This document shows, in pieces, positions 32,198 through 41,915 of a DNA stretch of 64,000 nt. This DNA is from an uncultured Clostridia bacterium (GTDB lineage Bacteria; Bacillota; Clostridia; TANB77; CAG-508). A model generated the notes under the pieces. The model had not been told where the DNA came from and did not search any database. It saw only the letters and a list, made by a program, of their open reading frames with translations. Numbering within the stretch: position 1 is the stretch's first letter; the number at the start of each line of letters is the position of its first letter. A program made the translations under genes and the position numbers. The stretch is taken from positions 45,138-109,137 of the forward strand of contig CANPWU010000001.1 of the NCBI GenBank assembly GCA_947584805.1, read 5' to 3'.

Positions 32198-33079
32198 ATG
32201 GTTACTGCAAATTTAGTTAAAGAGTTAAGAGAAAAAACTGGTGCAGGTATGATGGACTGCAAAAAAGTATTAACTGAGACAGATGGCGATATGGAAAAAG
32301 CTGCTGAGTTATTACGTGAAAGAGGAATTACAAAAGCTGCTAAAAAATCAAGCAGAATAGCTGCAGAAGGATTAGTTGCAGCATATCTTTCTGATGATAA
32401 AAAAGTAGGAGCTGTTGTTGAAGTAAATTCAGAAACTGACTTCGTTGCTAAAAACGAAGAATTTAAAACATTTGTAAATAACGTAGTAAAACAAATAGCT
32501 TTAAATAATCCAAAAGACGTTGAAGAATTACTTGCACAAAAATATATAGATGATGAATCTAAAACAGTTTCAGAAGCATTAACAGATAAAATTGCTAAAA
32601 TTGGTGAAAATATGTCAATAAGAAGATTTGTTAGATTTACATCAAATGGTTTAGTTGAAAAATATATCCATGGAGAAGGAAAAATTGGTGTCCTTGTTTC
32701 TATGGAAGGTGGAAACGAAGAAGTTGCAAAAGATGTTTGCATGCAAATTGCAGCTGCTCGTCCAGAATATTTAGATAGAAATTCAGTACCACAAGAAAGA
32801 GTTCAAAAAGAAATGGAAATACTTAAAGCTCAAGCTATGAATGAAGGAAAACCAGCTGAAATTGCTGAAAAGATGGTACAAGGAAGAATTGGAAAATTCT
32901 ATGGAGAAATTTGTCTAGTGGATCAACCATTTGTTAAAGATCCAAATATTAAAGTTTCTGATTTGCTTTCTTCAAAAGGAGCAAAAGTTATTGAATTTGC
33001 TAGAATTGAAAAAGGTGAAGGTTTAGAAAAGAAAGAAGAAAACTTTGCAGAAGAAGTTGCAAAGCAAATTAATGGTTAA
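32198..33079 (+). CDS. tsf: Elongation factor Ts
   Basis: LVKELREKTGAGMMDCKK; 293 aa; follows rpsB. Confidence 0.95.
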   Translation: MVTANLVKELREKTGAGMMDCKKVLTETDGDMEKAAELLRERGITKAAKKSSRIAAEGLVAAYLSDDKKVGAVVEVNSETDFVAKNEEFKTFVNNVVKQIALNNPKDVEELLAQKYIDDESKTVSEALTDKIAKIGENMSIRRFVRFTSNGLVEKYIHGEGKIGVLVSMEGGNEEVAKDVCMQIAAARPEYLDRNSVPQERVQKEMEILKAQAMNEGKPAEIAEKMVQGRIGKFYGEICLVDQPFVKDPNIKVSDLLSSKGAKVIEFARIEKGEGLEKKEENFAEEVAKQING

Positions 33080-33082
33080 TTA

Positions 33083-33111
33083 AAAAAAGGAGCTTTTGGC
33101 TCCTTTTTTTT
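33083..33111 (+). terminator. Rho-independent terminator after tsf
   Basis: aaggagcttttggctcctt hairpin plus an 8-T run. Confidence 0.7.
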
Positions 33112-33114
33112 AGG

Positions 33115-33238
33115 GAAACGAACAAAAATCAGCATCTTACGTCGTCATGCGTCGGACAAATAATTTTCGATGACCAATAGGTCTATCTCAAATTATTTGC
33201 CTAGCCTTCCTAGTAATATACTAATTTTTGTTCGTTTC
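33115..33238. repeat. Imperfect palindromic intergenic element B
   Basis: Perfect 15-bp terminal inverted repeat gaaacgaacaaaaat / atttttgttcgtttc. It extends with three C-versus-T/A differences. There is a nested repeat ggacaaataattt / aaattatttgcc. The interior is CpG-rich. Confidence 0.55.
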
Positions 33239-33269
33239 ATGAAAAAATAAATAAGAAAGGAAAAAGTGT

Positions 33270-34341
33270 ATGAAAGGCTATTTAGTACTAGAAAATGGAG
33301 AAATTTTTGAAGGAGAAAGAATAGGCTATGAAAAAGATACTTGCTTAGAAGTTGTTTTTAATACTTCTATGGCAGGATATTTAAAAGTGTTCACAGACCC
33401 ATCGTATGCATCACAAGGAGTTGTTATGACTTACCCTTTAATTGGTAATTATGGAGTAATATTAGACGACATGGAATCAAAAAAAGTATGGGTAAGTGCA
33501 ATATTTGTTCATGAACTTGCTGAAGTTGCTAGTAATTTTAGAAAAGAAAAAGATTTAGAAGAATATTTGATAGAAAATCAAGTCCCAGGTCTTAAGAATG
33601 TAAATACAAGAAAACTTACAAAAATATTAAGAAATAGCGGAACAATGAGAGGAAAAATAACATCAGACATATCAAATATTGATGAAATTATTAAAGAAAT
33701 AAAAGAATTTAAGCCAAAGAATTTAGTAGGACAAGTATCTACCAAAAGACCATATGTAGATGGTGATGGAGATATAAAAATTGCACTTATAAGTTTTGGA
33801 TGCAAAGAAAATATAATAAGAGAACTAAAAAAGAGAAATTGCACAGTATACGTTTATCCACAAGATGCAACTGTTTCTTCAATACTTGAATGTAAACCAG
33901 ATGGAATAGTCCTTTCAAATGGACCTCGGTGATCCAGAAGATTGTAATATTGGAATTAGAACTGCAAAAGAATTATATGAAAAAGATATACCAATACTTG
34001 GAATATGCTTAGGACATCAGTTGATGGCTCTTGCAACAGGTGCAAAAACGGCAAAATTAAAATATGGACATAGAGGACCAAATCACCCAGTTAAAGATTT
34101 AAAAACAGACAAAGTATATATAACTTCACAAAATCATGGCTACTATGTAAAAGAAGATACTGTAAATAAAGAAGTTGCAGAAGTATCACATATTAATTTA
34201 AATGATGGAACTGTTGAAGGATTAAGATATAAAAATAAAAAAATATTTACAGTACAATTCCATCCAGAAGCTTGTCCAGGCCCAGAAGATACAAGCTATA
34301 TATTTGATGAATTTTTAAATGAATTAAATTTAAAAAAATAA
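33270..34341 (+). CDS. carA: Carbamoyl-phosphate synthase small subunit; needs a +1 shift at 33927
   Basis: VFNTSM.GY.E..TDPSY; SNGPGDP (the shift falls inside it); GICLGHQ catalytic Cys; VQFHPE. Confidence 0.9.
33927..33929 (+). other. Zero-frame CGG / +1 site (CCT CGG TGA read as CCT-GGT-GAT)
   Basis: Restores the conserved SNGPGDPED motif. Confidence 0.85.
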
Positions 34342-34514
34342 TAAATAAAATTTGCGTTTGTCGCTCGAGGCGGGGCTCTCACTGCACGAGTTCTAGCGCA
34401 TTTTTATGGCACCCTTCCACGACGCAGCATGAACGCTTTCCATAAATTCTGCTAAGAACTCGTAGCATCTCGCCCCCTACATTCGCTCCGCACTTAAATT
34501 TTATTTATTATTTT
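34335..34514. repeat. Imperfect palindromic intergenic element C
   Basis: Perfect 19-bp termini aaaataataaataaaattt / aaattttatttattatttt; the left one overlaps the carA stop. GC- and CpG-rich arms of about 55 nt are diverged (shared acgagttct.agc and ggcggggc/gccccc), around a 30-nt loop. Confidence 0.55.
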
Positions 34515-34556
34515 ACAAAAAATTAAAATATATAAAAATTAAAGGAGTAAAAAGTT

Positions 34557-37500
34557 ATGCCAAGAAATAAGAATATAAAAAAAGTATTAGTTATAGGTTC
34601 AGGACCAATAATTATAGGACAAGCAGCAGAGTTTGACTATGCAGGAACACAAGCATGTGTTGAACTTAAAAAAGAAGGGCTAGAAGTTGTACTTGTAAAC
34701 TCAAACCCTGCAACAATAATGACAGATAAAAATATGGCTGATAAAATATATATAGAGCCATTAACTGTAAAAACAGTTAAAAAAATAATAGAAAAAGAAA
34801 ATCCTGATAGTATTCTTCCTAATCTAGGAGGACAAACAGGCTTAAATATTGCAATGGAACTTGAAGAACAAGGATATTTGAAAGAAAAGAATATAAGATT
34901 ACTCGGAACATCTCCAGAAGGAATAAGAAATGCAGAAGATAGGCAAGCGTTCAAAGACATGATGGAAAGTATAAATGAGCCTTGTATTGCAAGTAAAGTA
35001 GTAAATAATGTAGAAGATGCAGTAAGCTTTTCAAGAGAAATTGGACTTCCAGTTATAGTAAGACCTGCATATACTTTAGGTGGAACAGGAGGAGGAATTG
35101 CATACACAGAAGAACAATTAAGAGAAATTAGTTCTAATGGATTACATTTATCAAGAGTATGTCAAGTCCTTATAGAAAAGTGCATTTCAGGATGGAAAGA
35201 AATAGAATATGAAGTAATAAGAGATTCAAAAGGAAACTGCATAACAGTATGTAACATGGAAAACATAAACCCAGTAGGTGTACATACAGGAGACAGCATT
35301 GTTGTTGCACCTTCTCAAACACTTGCAGATAGAGAATACCAAATGCTTAGAACTTCTGCAATAAAAATAATATCTGCTCTTAAAATAGAAGGTGGATGCA
35401 ATGTACAATTTGCATTAAATCCAAATAGTTTTGAATATGCTGTAATTGAGGTAAACCCAAGAGTAAGTAGATCATCAGCTTTAGCATCTAAAGCAACAGG
35501 TTATCCTATAGCAAAAGTTGCAACTAAGATTGCAATTGGATATACCTTAGACGAAATAAAAAATGCTGTTACTGGAAAAACTTATGCATGCTTTGAACCA
35601 GTACTTGACTATGTTGTAGTAAAAATTCCAAAATGGCCTTTTAATAAATTCTTAACAGCAAGTCGTGAACTTGGAACTCAAATGAAAGCAACAGGAGAAG
35701 TAATGGCAATTGCAGAAAACTTAGAAGCAGGACTTATGAAGGCAATACGTTCTCTTGAAGAAAATGTAGATTCTTTAGTTCTTCCAAAATATGCAGAAAT
35801 GTCTAATGACCAAATGAGGGAAGAATTAAAACATGTAAATAACGAAACATTATGGGCAATTGCAGAAAATTTAAGAAGAGGCATGAGCATAGAGCAAATT
35901 CATCAGGCAACAACTATTGATACTTTCTTTATAAGCAAAATAAATAATTTAGTAAAGCTAGAAGAAGAATTAAAATCTAAAAATTTAAGCATAGATTTAC
36001 TAAGAAGAGCTAAAAAATATGGATATCCAGATACAGTAATTTCAAGATTTTCAAAAGTTCCAGTAGATGAAATTAAGAAAAAGAGAAAAGAAAATAATAT
36101 ACAAGCAGCATTTAAAATGGTAGATACTTGTGCTGCAGAATTTGATGCAGAAACTCCATATTACTATTCAAGTTATGATGAAGGAAATGAAGCTGATGAA
36201 AAAACTGATAAGAAGAAAGTAGTAGTTCTAGGTTCAGGACCTATAAGAATAGGACAAGGAATAGAATTTGATTACTGCAGTGTTCACTCAGTATGGGCAT
36301 TAAAGAGAAAAGGATATGAAACAATAATTGTAAACAATAACCCAGAGACAGTAAGTACAGATTTTGATATAGCAGATAAACTATATTTTGAACCACTAAC
36401 ACCAGAAGATGTAGAAAACATAATTAATATAGAAAAGCCATATGGTGCAATAGTTCAATTTGGAGGACAAACAGCAATAAAATTAACCAAAGCTTTAAAA
36501 GACATGGGAGTTAAAATACTTGGAACCCAAGAAAGAGATATGGATAGAGCAGAAGATAGAGAGCTTTTTGATGAAGCATTAAACAAGTGCGGAATTTTAA
36601 GACCAAAGGGAAGTACAGTATATACTGTAGAAGAAGCTAAAAAAGTTGCAAATGAACTACAATATCCAGTTCTTGTTAGACCATCTTATGTATTAGGTGG
36701 ACAGGGCATGGCAATTGCATATGATGATGAAGAAATTACAGAGTTTATAAATGAAATTAATAAAACTGTGCAAGAGCACCCAATACTTGTTGATAAATAT
36801 ATGCTCGGAAAAGAGCTTGAAGTAGATGCAATTTGCGATGGAGAAGATATATTAATACCTGGAATAATGGAACACTTGGAAAGAGCTGGAGTTCACTCAG
36901 GAGACAGCATATCAGTTTATCCAACACAACATATAAGTCAAGAACATCAAGATAAAATAGTAGAATATACAACAAAAATTGCAAAAGAACTTAATGTAAT
37001 TGGAGTTTTGAATATTCAATTTATAATTTCTGGTGGAGAGGTATATATAATCGAGGTAAACCCACGTTCAAGTAGAACGGTTCCATATATAAGCAAAGTT
37101 ACGAACCTTCCAGTAATAGATATTGCAACAAGAGTTATTTTAGGAGAAAAATTAAAAAGTATTGGCTATGGAACAGGACTATATAAGAGAAGCGAATATA
37201 TTGCGATAAAAATGCCAGTATTTTCATTTGAAAAGATAAAAAATGCAGATACAAGCTTAGGCCCAGAAATGAAATCTACAGGAGAAGTATTAGGAGTATC
37301 TAAGAACTTTTCAGATGCAATAGTAAAAGCGTTTATAGGGACAGGAATAACAATACCTAAAAAAGGGAATGTTCTTGTAACAGTAAGAGATAAAGATAAA
37401 GACGAGGTATTGCCACTTATTAAAAAACTATATAATAAAGGATTCGAGATTTATGCAACAAAAGGAACAGCAACCTTCTTAAAGAATAATGGAATAAATA

Positions 37501-37757
37501 CAACAGTTGTAGAAAAAATTTGGGAAGGAGCAGAAAGTATACCTAACCTATTACAACTCGGAAAGATAAACTTTATAATAAATACACCAACAAGAGGAAA
37601 AGAGGCAAATAGAGATGGATTTAAGATAAGAAGACTTGCTGCAGAATCAAAAATACCATGCTTTACATCACTAGATACAGCAAACGCTTTATATGATGCA
37701 ATAGAAGATACTAAGACAGAGGAAGAAATTGATGTAGTTGATATAACTGAAATATAA
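34557..37757 (+). CDS. carB: Carbamoyl-phosphate synthase large subunit
   Basis: 1066 aa. Duplicated ATP-grasp halves (VLVIGSGPI.IGQA.EFDY twice) and a C-terminal MGS-like domain. Confidence 0.95.
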   Translation: MPRNKNIKKVLVIGSGPIIIGQAAEFDYAGTQACVELKKEGLEVVLVNSNPATIMTDKNMADKIYIEPLTVKTVKKIIEKENPDSILPNLGGQTGLNIAMELEEQGYLKEKNIRLLGTSPEGIRNAEDRQAFKDMMESINEPCIASKVVNNVEDAVSFSREIGLPVIVRPAYTLGGTGGGIAYTEEQLREISSNGLHLSRVCQVLIEKCISGWKEIEYEVIRDSKGNCITVCNMENINPVGVHTGDSIVVAPSQTLADREYQMLRTSAIKIISALKIEGGCNVQFALNPNSFEYAVIEVNPRVSRSSALASKATGYPIAKVATKIAIGYTLDEIKNAVTGKTYACFEPVLDYVVVKIPKWPFNKFLTASRELGTQMKATGEVMAIAENLEAGLMKAIRSLEENVDSLVLPKYAEMSNDQMREELKHVNNETLWAIAENLRRGMSIEQIHQATTIDTFFISKINNLVKLEEELKSKNLSIDLLRRAKKYGYPDTVISRFSKVPVDEIKKKRKENNIQAAFKMVDTCAAEFDAETPYYYSSYDEGNEADEKTDKKKVVVLGSGPIRIGQGIEFDYCSVHSVWALKRKGYETIIVNNNPETVSTDFDIADKLYFEPLTPEDVENIINIEKPYGAIVQFGGQTAIKLTKALKDMGVKILGTQERDMDRAEDRELFDEALNKCGILRPKGSTVYTVEEAKKVANELQYPVLVRPSYVLGGQGMAIAYDDEEITEFINEINKTVQEHPILVDKYMLGKELEVDAICDGEDILIPGIMEHLERAGVHSGDSISVYPTQHISQEHQDKIVEYTTKIAKELNVIGVLNIQFIISGGEVYIIEVNPRSSRTVPYISKVTNLPVIDIATRVILGEKLKSIGYGTGLYKRSEYIAIKMPVFSFEKIKNADTSLGPEMKSTGEVLGVSKNFSDAIVKAFIGTGITIPKKGNVLVTVRDKDKDEVLPLIKKLYNKGFEIYATKGTATFLKNNGINTTVVEKIWEGAESIPNLLQLGKINFIINTPTRGKEANRDGFKIRRLAAESKIPCFTSLDTANALYDAIEDTKTEEEIDVVDITEI

Positions 37758-37767
37758 AGGTATAAAA

Positions 37768-37804
37768 ATTGGCACCTGTTCTTGAAGAACAGGTGCCAAT
37801 TTTT
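37768..37804 (+). terminator. Rho-independent terminator after carB
   Basis: attggcacctgttcttgaagaacaggtgccaat followed by tttt. Confidence 0.75.
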
Positions 37805-38143
37805 ACTGCTTTAAAAATCTCAAATACATCACCACTATGAAAATTTTAAACATCTTTGTCGAATTATGTCGAAGGATTTTCCTTGACAAAGGAGATAAAT
37901 CATTATATAACATAAGAATGTAAATTTAAGTAAAGCTTTTTTTGAAGCACTTTTGCTTAAACTACATTACTTATTTTTATTTATAAATATAATATAACTA
38001 AATCATTCTAAGCTATATTAAATTTATTTTTACAAATTAATTTTAAATTACACCTTAAGGAAAGGCAGAGTAAATCTATGGGAGTTTCACCCAAAAAAAT
38101 CAATTTATCAAAAAAATCTAATAAAAGAAGGAGAGATTTGCCT

Positions 38144-39055
38144 ATGGCAGAAAACGAAAAAGAATTAGTACCAACAAATGATTACGTGTTCAAAAGAATT
38201 TTTGGGCATATAGGAAATGAAGAAATAACAAAAGGATTATTAAGTGCAATAATAGAAAGAGAGGTGGATAGCGTAGATTTAAGTAAAAATCCAATATTAG
38301 AAAAAGATATAAAAACAGATAAAGTAGGAGTATTAGATGTAAAGGCAGTATTCCCAGATGGAACATTATGCGATGTGGAGATGCAATTAACATTAAAGAA
38401 AGATATAGAAAAGAGAATCTTGTTTTATTGGTCAAAGTTATTTTTATAAGGTATAAAAGAAAAAGAACATTATAGTAAATTAAATAAAACGATATGTATA
38501 TTAATATCAAAGGAAAAGATAGGAAGTTTAAAAGAAATAGAGAAATATCATACAAAATGGGAGATAAGGGAACAAGAATATAGCAAAAAGGTATTGACAA
38601 GCATGCTAGAGATACATATAATAGAGATAGATAAGTTAACAGATATGTTAAATAATAACCTGATAAATAAAAATGATAGATTGGCATTATGGTTAAGATT
38701 CATAAATAATCCAAAGGAAATGGGGGAAAAAGAGATGGAGGGAAATGAAGATATAAAGCAAGCAAAAGAAGAGTTAGAAAAGATACAACAAGACGAAAGA
38801 GAAAGATTGCTTGCATTTCAAAGAGAGATGTATGTAATGGATATGCAAGCAACAAGAGAATATGGATACGATGAAGGACATGAAGCTGGATATGACGAAG
38901 GACGCGAGGATGGAAGAAAACAAGGCATTAATGAGAACAAAAAAGATGTAGTAATAAATATGTATAAAAAACATATGGAGATATCAGATATATGTGAAAT
39001 AGTTGAATTATCTAAAGAAGAAGTAGAAAAGATAATAAAAGAAAAAATAAAATAG
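38144..39055 (+). pseudogene. Rpn/YhgA-like PD-(D/E)XK nuclease (transposase_31 family) interrupted by one in-frame TAA
   Basis: NDYVFKRIFG...GVLDVKA...CDVEMQ core. TAA at 38447-38449 is in the same frame as both ORF halves (38078-38449 and 38594-39055). The stretch between them is open. Confidence 0.7.
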
Positions 39056-39101
39056 ATAAAAAGTTTAGGAAATATAAGGGAAGATTTCTATTTTAGAAAA
39101 C

Positions 39102-39139
39102 AAAAAAGTACCCACCTTTGTGTAGGTGGGCACTTTTTT
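39102..39139. terminator. Bidirectional hairpin terminator
   Basis: aaaaaagtacccacctttgtgtaggtgggcactttttt lies between convergent genes. Confidence 0.65.
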
Positions 39140-39150
39140 CTTGGACTCAC

Positions 39151-39504
39151 TTAGGCAGGAGTAGCAGGAGCATCATCAGGAACATCAGAAGTATGAATAA
39201 CATCCATAGGCACAATCTGGTAAAGGGTATTATTCTCACATAAGTCCACGTCCCAGTGAGCATCATTAAGTTCAATAATGATGTCTTCTAAAAGAAGCCT
39301 GTCCAGAAGCTCATCTTTGACATCAATTTGGACTATGCAAGTTCGACGATGAGATTTTTTTGCTTCAGCAGCCTCTGTTGCAATACGTTGTGCAACTAAT
39401 ATCCGCTGCTCCTCGGCGATCTTTTGCTGATCCTCTTGCCAGATGGCATCCAGTTCGGCCTGAACTTCAAGCCCATCCAAGAATTTAACTTTGTCGGCTT
39501 CCAT
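39151..39504 (-). CDS. Hypothetical 117 aa protein, compositionally foreign
   Basis: GC-richer ORF with RBS aaaggaggt, its own promoter (tgttataat) and a shared terminator. One in-frame CGG Arg codon (39403-39405). Confidence 0.6.
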   Translation of the reverse strand: MEADKVKFLDGLEVQAELDAIWQEDQQKIAEEQRILVAQRIATEAAEAKKSHRRTCIVQIDVKDELLDRLLLEDIIIELNDAHWDVDLCENNTLYQIVPMDVIHTSDVPDDAPATPA

Positions 39505-39623
39505 ATTGTTGGAAACCTCCTTTCAATGTATTTACCTTTCGGTAATCTGGGTATAATACCCCAAGGTTAATTTTATTATAACATATTTACATAAAAAACA
39601 CAAATTGTACTATCCAATAAATG

Positions 39624-39661
39624 AACAAGCAAGGTCAAAATTTATTTTGACCTTGCTTGTT
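39624..39661 (-). terminator. Hairpin terminator of the 39669-39977 gene
   Basis: aacaagcaaggtcaaaa...ttttgaccttgcttgtt. Confidence 0.6.
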
Positions 39662-39668
39662 GGGCTTG

Positions 39669-39977
39669 TTATGCTATGTAGACTTCCTTTGGAGCACTAG
39701 ATGTTAAATTGGGAGAAAAGAGAATAGAACGTCTGTTGATAATGATTTCCTTTTTCCCCAAAGTGCTTTTTACAGGAAGTCCAAGATCGCTCATGAGATC
39801 ACAGAGCTCAGCACTTCTGGGCCACAAAACGCAGGTCCCAATTTTGGCGAACTTCTCATGGATGTACGCAGTTAATGCTTCTTTTTGTGAAGCAGATACA
39901 GGCACATCATCCAAGAGAAGACGCAATGCTCGAGGAATGATCTCACGATCGAACTTTTGCTGTGATAAACTGCCCAT
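39669..39977 (-). CDS. Hypothetical 102 aa protein, compositionally foreign
   Basis: GC-richer ORF with RBS aaggaggt and promoter tttact, a 17 nt spacer, then tataat with TGTG. Confidence 0.6.
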   Translation of the reverse strand: MGSLSQQKFDREIIPRALRLLLDDVPVSASQKEALTAYIHEKFAKIGTCVLWPRSAELCDLMSDLGLPVKSTLGKKEIIINRRSILFSPNLTSSAPKEVYIA

Positions 39978-40136
39978 TTTGTAAAAACCTCCTTAAAGGA
40001 TTTGGTGATAATTATATTATAGCACATTACTATAAAAAAGTAAACATTATGTAATCTTATACTGATTTTAAGCAAAATTACTAAATTTCACTTGCTAATA
40101 TATTTTTTTGTAATATAATATATATTGGTGAAATAA

Positions 40137-40844
40137 ATGGAAGATATAAGACGAAAATTAATAGAACTAAAAGAAGAAGATTATAAAAAGTTTAATGAAA
40201 AACTATGCCCAGATACAAAAAGAAAAATACTTGGAATTAGAATACCAATATTAAGGAATTTTGCAAAAAAGCTAGTAAAAGAAGAAAAAAATAGTCAAAA
40301 AGAGAATCTAGATAACTTGTTAAAAAGCATAGATGATGAATATTTTGAAGAAATAATGCTTAAAGGATTTGTTATAGGATATAGCAAATGTGAAATAAAT
40401 GAAAAAATGCCATATATTAGGGAATTTGTACCTAAAATAGATAGCTGGGAAATTACGGATACATTTGTACCAACTTTGAAAATAAAGGATAAAGATTTAA
40501 GAGAAGTTTTTAAATTTATAAAACCATATTTTAAATCGAATAAAGAATTTGAAGTAAGATTTGCAGTAATTATGCTACTTGACTATTATATAATAGATGA
40601 ATATGTAGATGAAGTAATTAAAATACTAGATAAGATAAATCATAATGGATACTATGTAAAAATGGGAGTTGCATGGTGTCTAGCAGAAATTGGAATAAAG
40701 TTTAATGATAAGCTAATGCAATATCTGCAAGGGAAAAATAATCTAGATAAATTTACGTTTAACAAAACCTTGCAAAAGATGATAGAATCATATAGAATAG
40801 ATGAGGAGCAAAAAGTTTTATTAAGGAATATGAAGAAAAAGTAA
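40137..40844 (+). CDS. DNA alkylation repair (AlkD-like HEAT repeat) protein
   Basis: 235 aa. The pattern YKKFNEKLCPDTKRKILGIRIPILRNFAKKL is typical of this family. Confidence 0.6.
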   Translation: MEDIRRKLIELKEEDYKKFNEKLCPDTKRKILGIRIPILRNFAKKLVKEEKNSQKENLDNLLKSIDDEYFEEIMLKGFVIGYSKCEINEKMPYIREFVPKIDSWEITDTFVPTLKIKDKDLREVFKFIKPYFKSNKEFEVRFAVIMLLDYYIIDEYVDEVIKILDKINHNGYYVKMGVAWCLAEIGIKFNDKLMQYLQGKNNLDKFTFNKTLQKMIESYRIDEEQKVLLRNMKKK

Positions 40845-40846
40845 TA

Positions 40847-40983
40847 GATATGTTAAATAAAATAATTTTACTCGTTCCTTGTTGGTCGTCTCCTAAGAGG
40901 ATTGTAAGGAGCTTCGCTCCAACAACCTCTAAGTCGCTTCCATGCTACGCGTCACTTCGTAAATTATTTTATTTAACATATCT
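40847..40983. repeat. Imperfect palindromic intergenic element D (core termini related to element A)
   Basis: Perfect 23-bp termini agatatgttaaataaaataattt / aaattattttatttaacatatct. CpG-rich core with ttgttgg/ccaacaa and ggagc-ttc-gctcc stems. Confidence 0.6.
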
Positions 40984-41102
40984 GAATATTATCTACCAAT
41001 TCTAAGAAAATATTAAGAAAAAATCTATTTACTTTTAATAAATATTTGATATAATCAAGTACATAATTAGAAATTAATAAAAAATATATGGAGTAAATAA
41101 AA

Positions 41103-41798
41103 ATGCAAAGTAAAAAAGTAAAAATATTTAAAGTTATAGTACTTATAGCATTTATTGCAATAATGGCAGCTTTAACAATTTGGCTTGTTCCAATATTTAA
41201 GAATCTATCAACAGAGGCAGGAAGAATGAATTTTGAAAATGAAATAGAAAGCCTTGGAACCAAAGGAATATTTGCAATAATAGGACTTATGGTAATACAA
41301 ATATTTCTTCCAATTCTTCCAGGAGAACCAGTTGAAATATTAGCAGGAATGTCTTATGGACCAATAGGTGGACTTTTAATTATATTTTTAGGTGCTTTTA
41401 TTAGTAGTTTTATAATATTTTTTGCAGTTAGAAAATATGGAAAAAGTTTTATATACAGTTTTGCTTCAAAAGAAAAAATAGAAAAATTAGAAAACTCAAA
41501 ATTATTTTCACAAAAAGGTAAGATAGAAATGATTTTGTTTATACTATTTTTTATACCTGGTACACCAAAAGATTTATTTGTATATATAGCAGGTCTTTTA
41601 CCTATCAAACCTGCAAGATTCCTATTTATCTCAACTTTTGCAAGATTCCCTTCTATAATATCTTCAACAATTGCAGGAAGCAATTTAGTTGCAGGAAATT
41701 TTCATATAATAGCTATTACGTATCTAATTACATTTTTGATTGCTGCAATAATAATTTTTGCATTTAGAAAACAAGAAAAAGAAATTATAAAAGATTAA
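41103..41798 (+). CDS. TVP38/TMEM64 (DedA-related) family membrane protein
   Basis: LPILPGEPVEILAGMSYG motif; multi-TM. Confidence 0.7.
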   Translation: MQSKKVKIFKVIVLIAFIAIMAALTIWLVPIFKNLSTEAGRMNFENEIESLGTKGIFAIIGLMVIQIFLPILPGEPVEILAGMSYGPIGGLLIIFLGAFISSFIIFFAVRKYGKSFIYSFASKEKIEKLENSKLFSQKGKIEMILFILFFIPGTPKDLFVYIAGLLPIKPARFLFISTFARFPSIISSTIAGSNLVAGNFHIIAITYLITFLIAAIIIFAFRKQEKEIIKD

Positions 41799-41915
41799 AT
41801 CAAAAGATATAGACCATTATTAAATAGTGGTTTATATTTTTTTAAAATCCCTCTTGACAAATATTTTTTTTTGAAATATAATACAAACATGAATTCGCAA
41901 AACGGAGGTTTTATT

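Noticed and set aside
32101-32742. 213-aa ORF antisense to tsf
   Set aside because: It lies entirely inside a highly conserved gene on the other strand. It is low-complexity (Ser/Phe/Thr-rich), as is typical of antisense frames in AT-rich DNA, and has no RBS.
33112-33269. PyrR-type attenuator upstream of carA
   Set aside because: No recognisable PyrR binding loop or terminator/antiterminator alternative was found. The sequence is a symmetric inverted-repeat element.
38190-38687. 165-aa ORF antisense to the Rpn-like gene
   Set aside because: It is Leu/Phe/Tyr-rich shadow ORF sequence, and the sense strand has clear family motifs.
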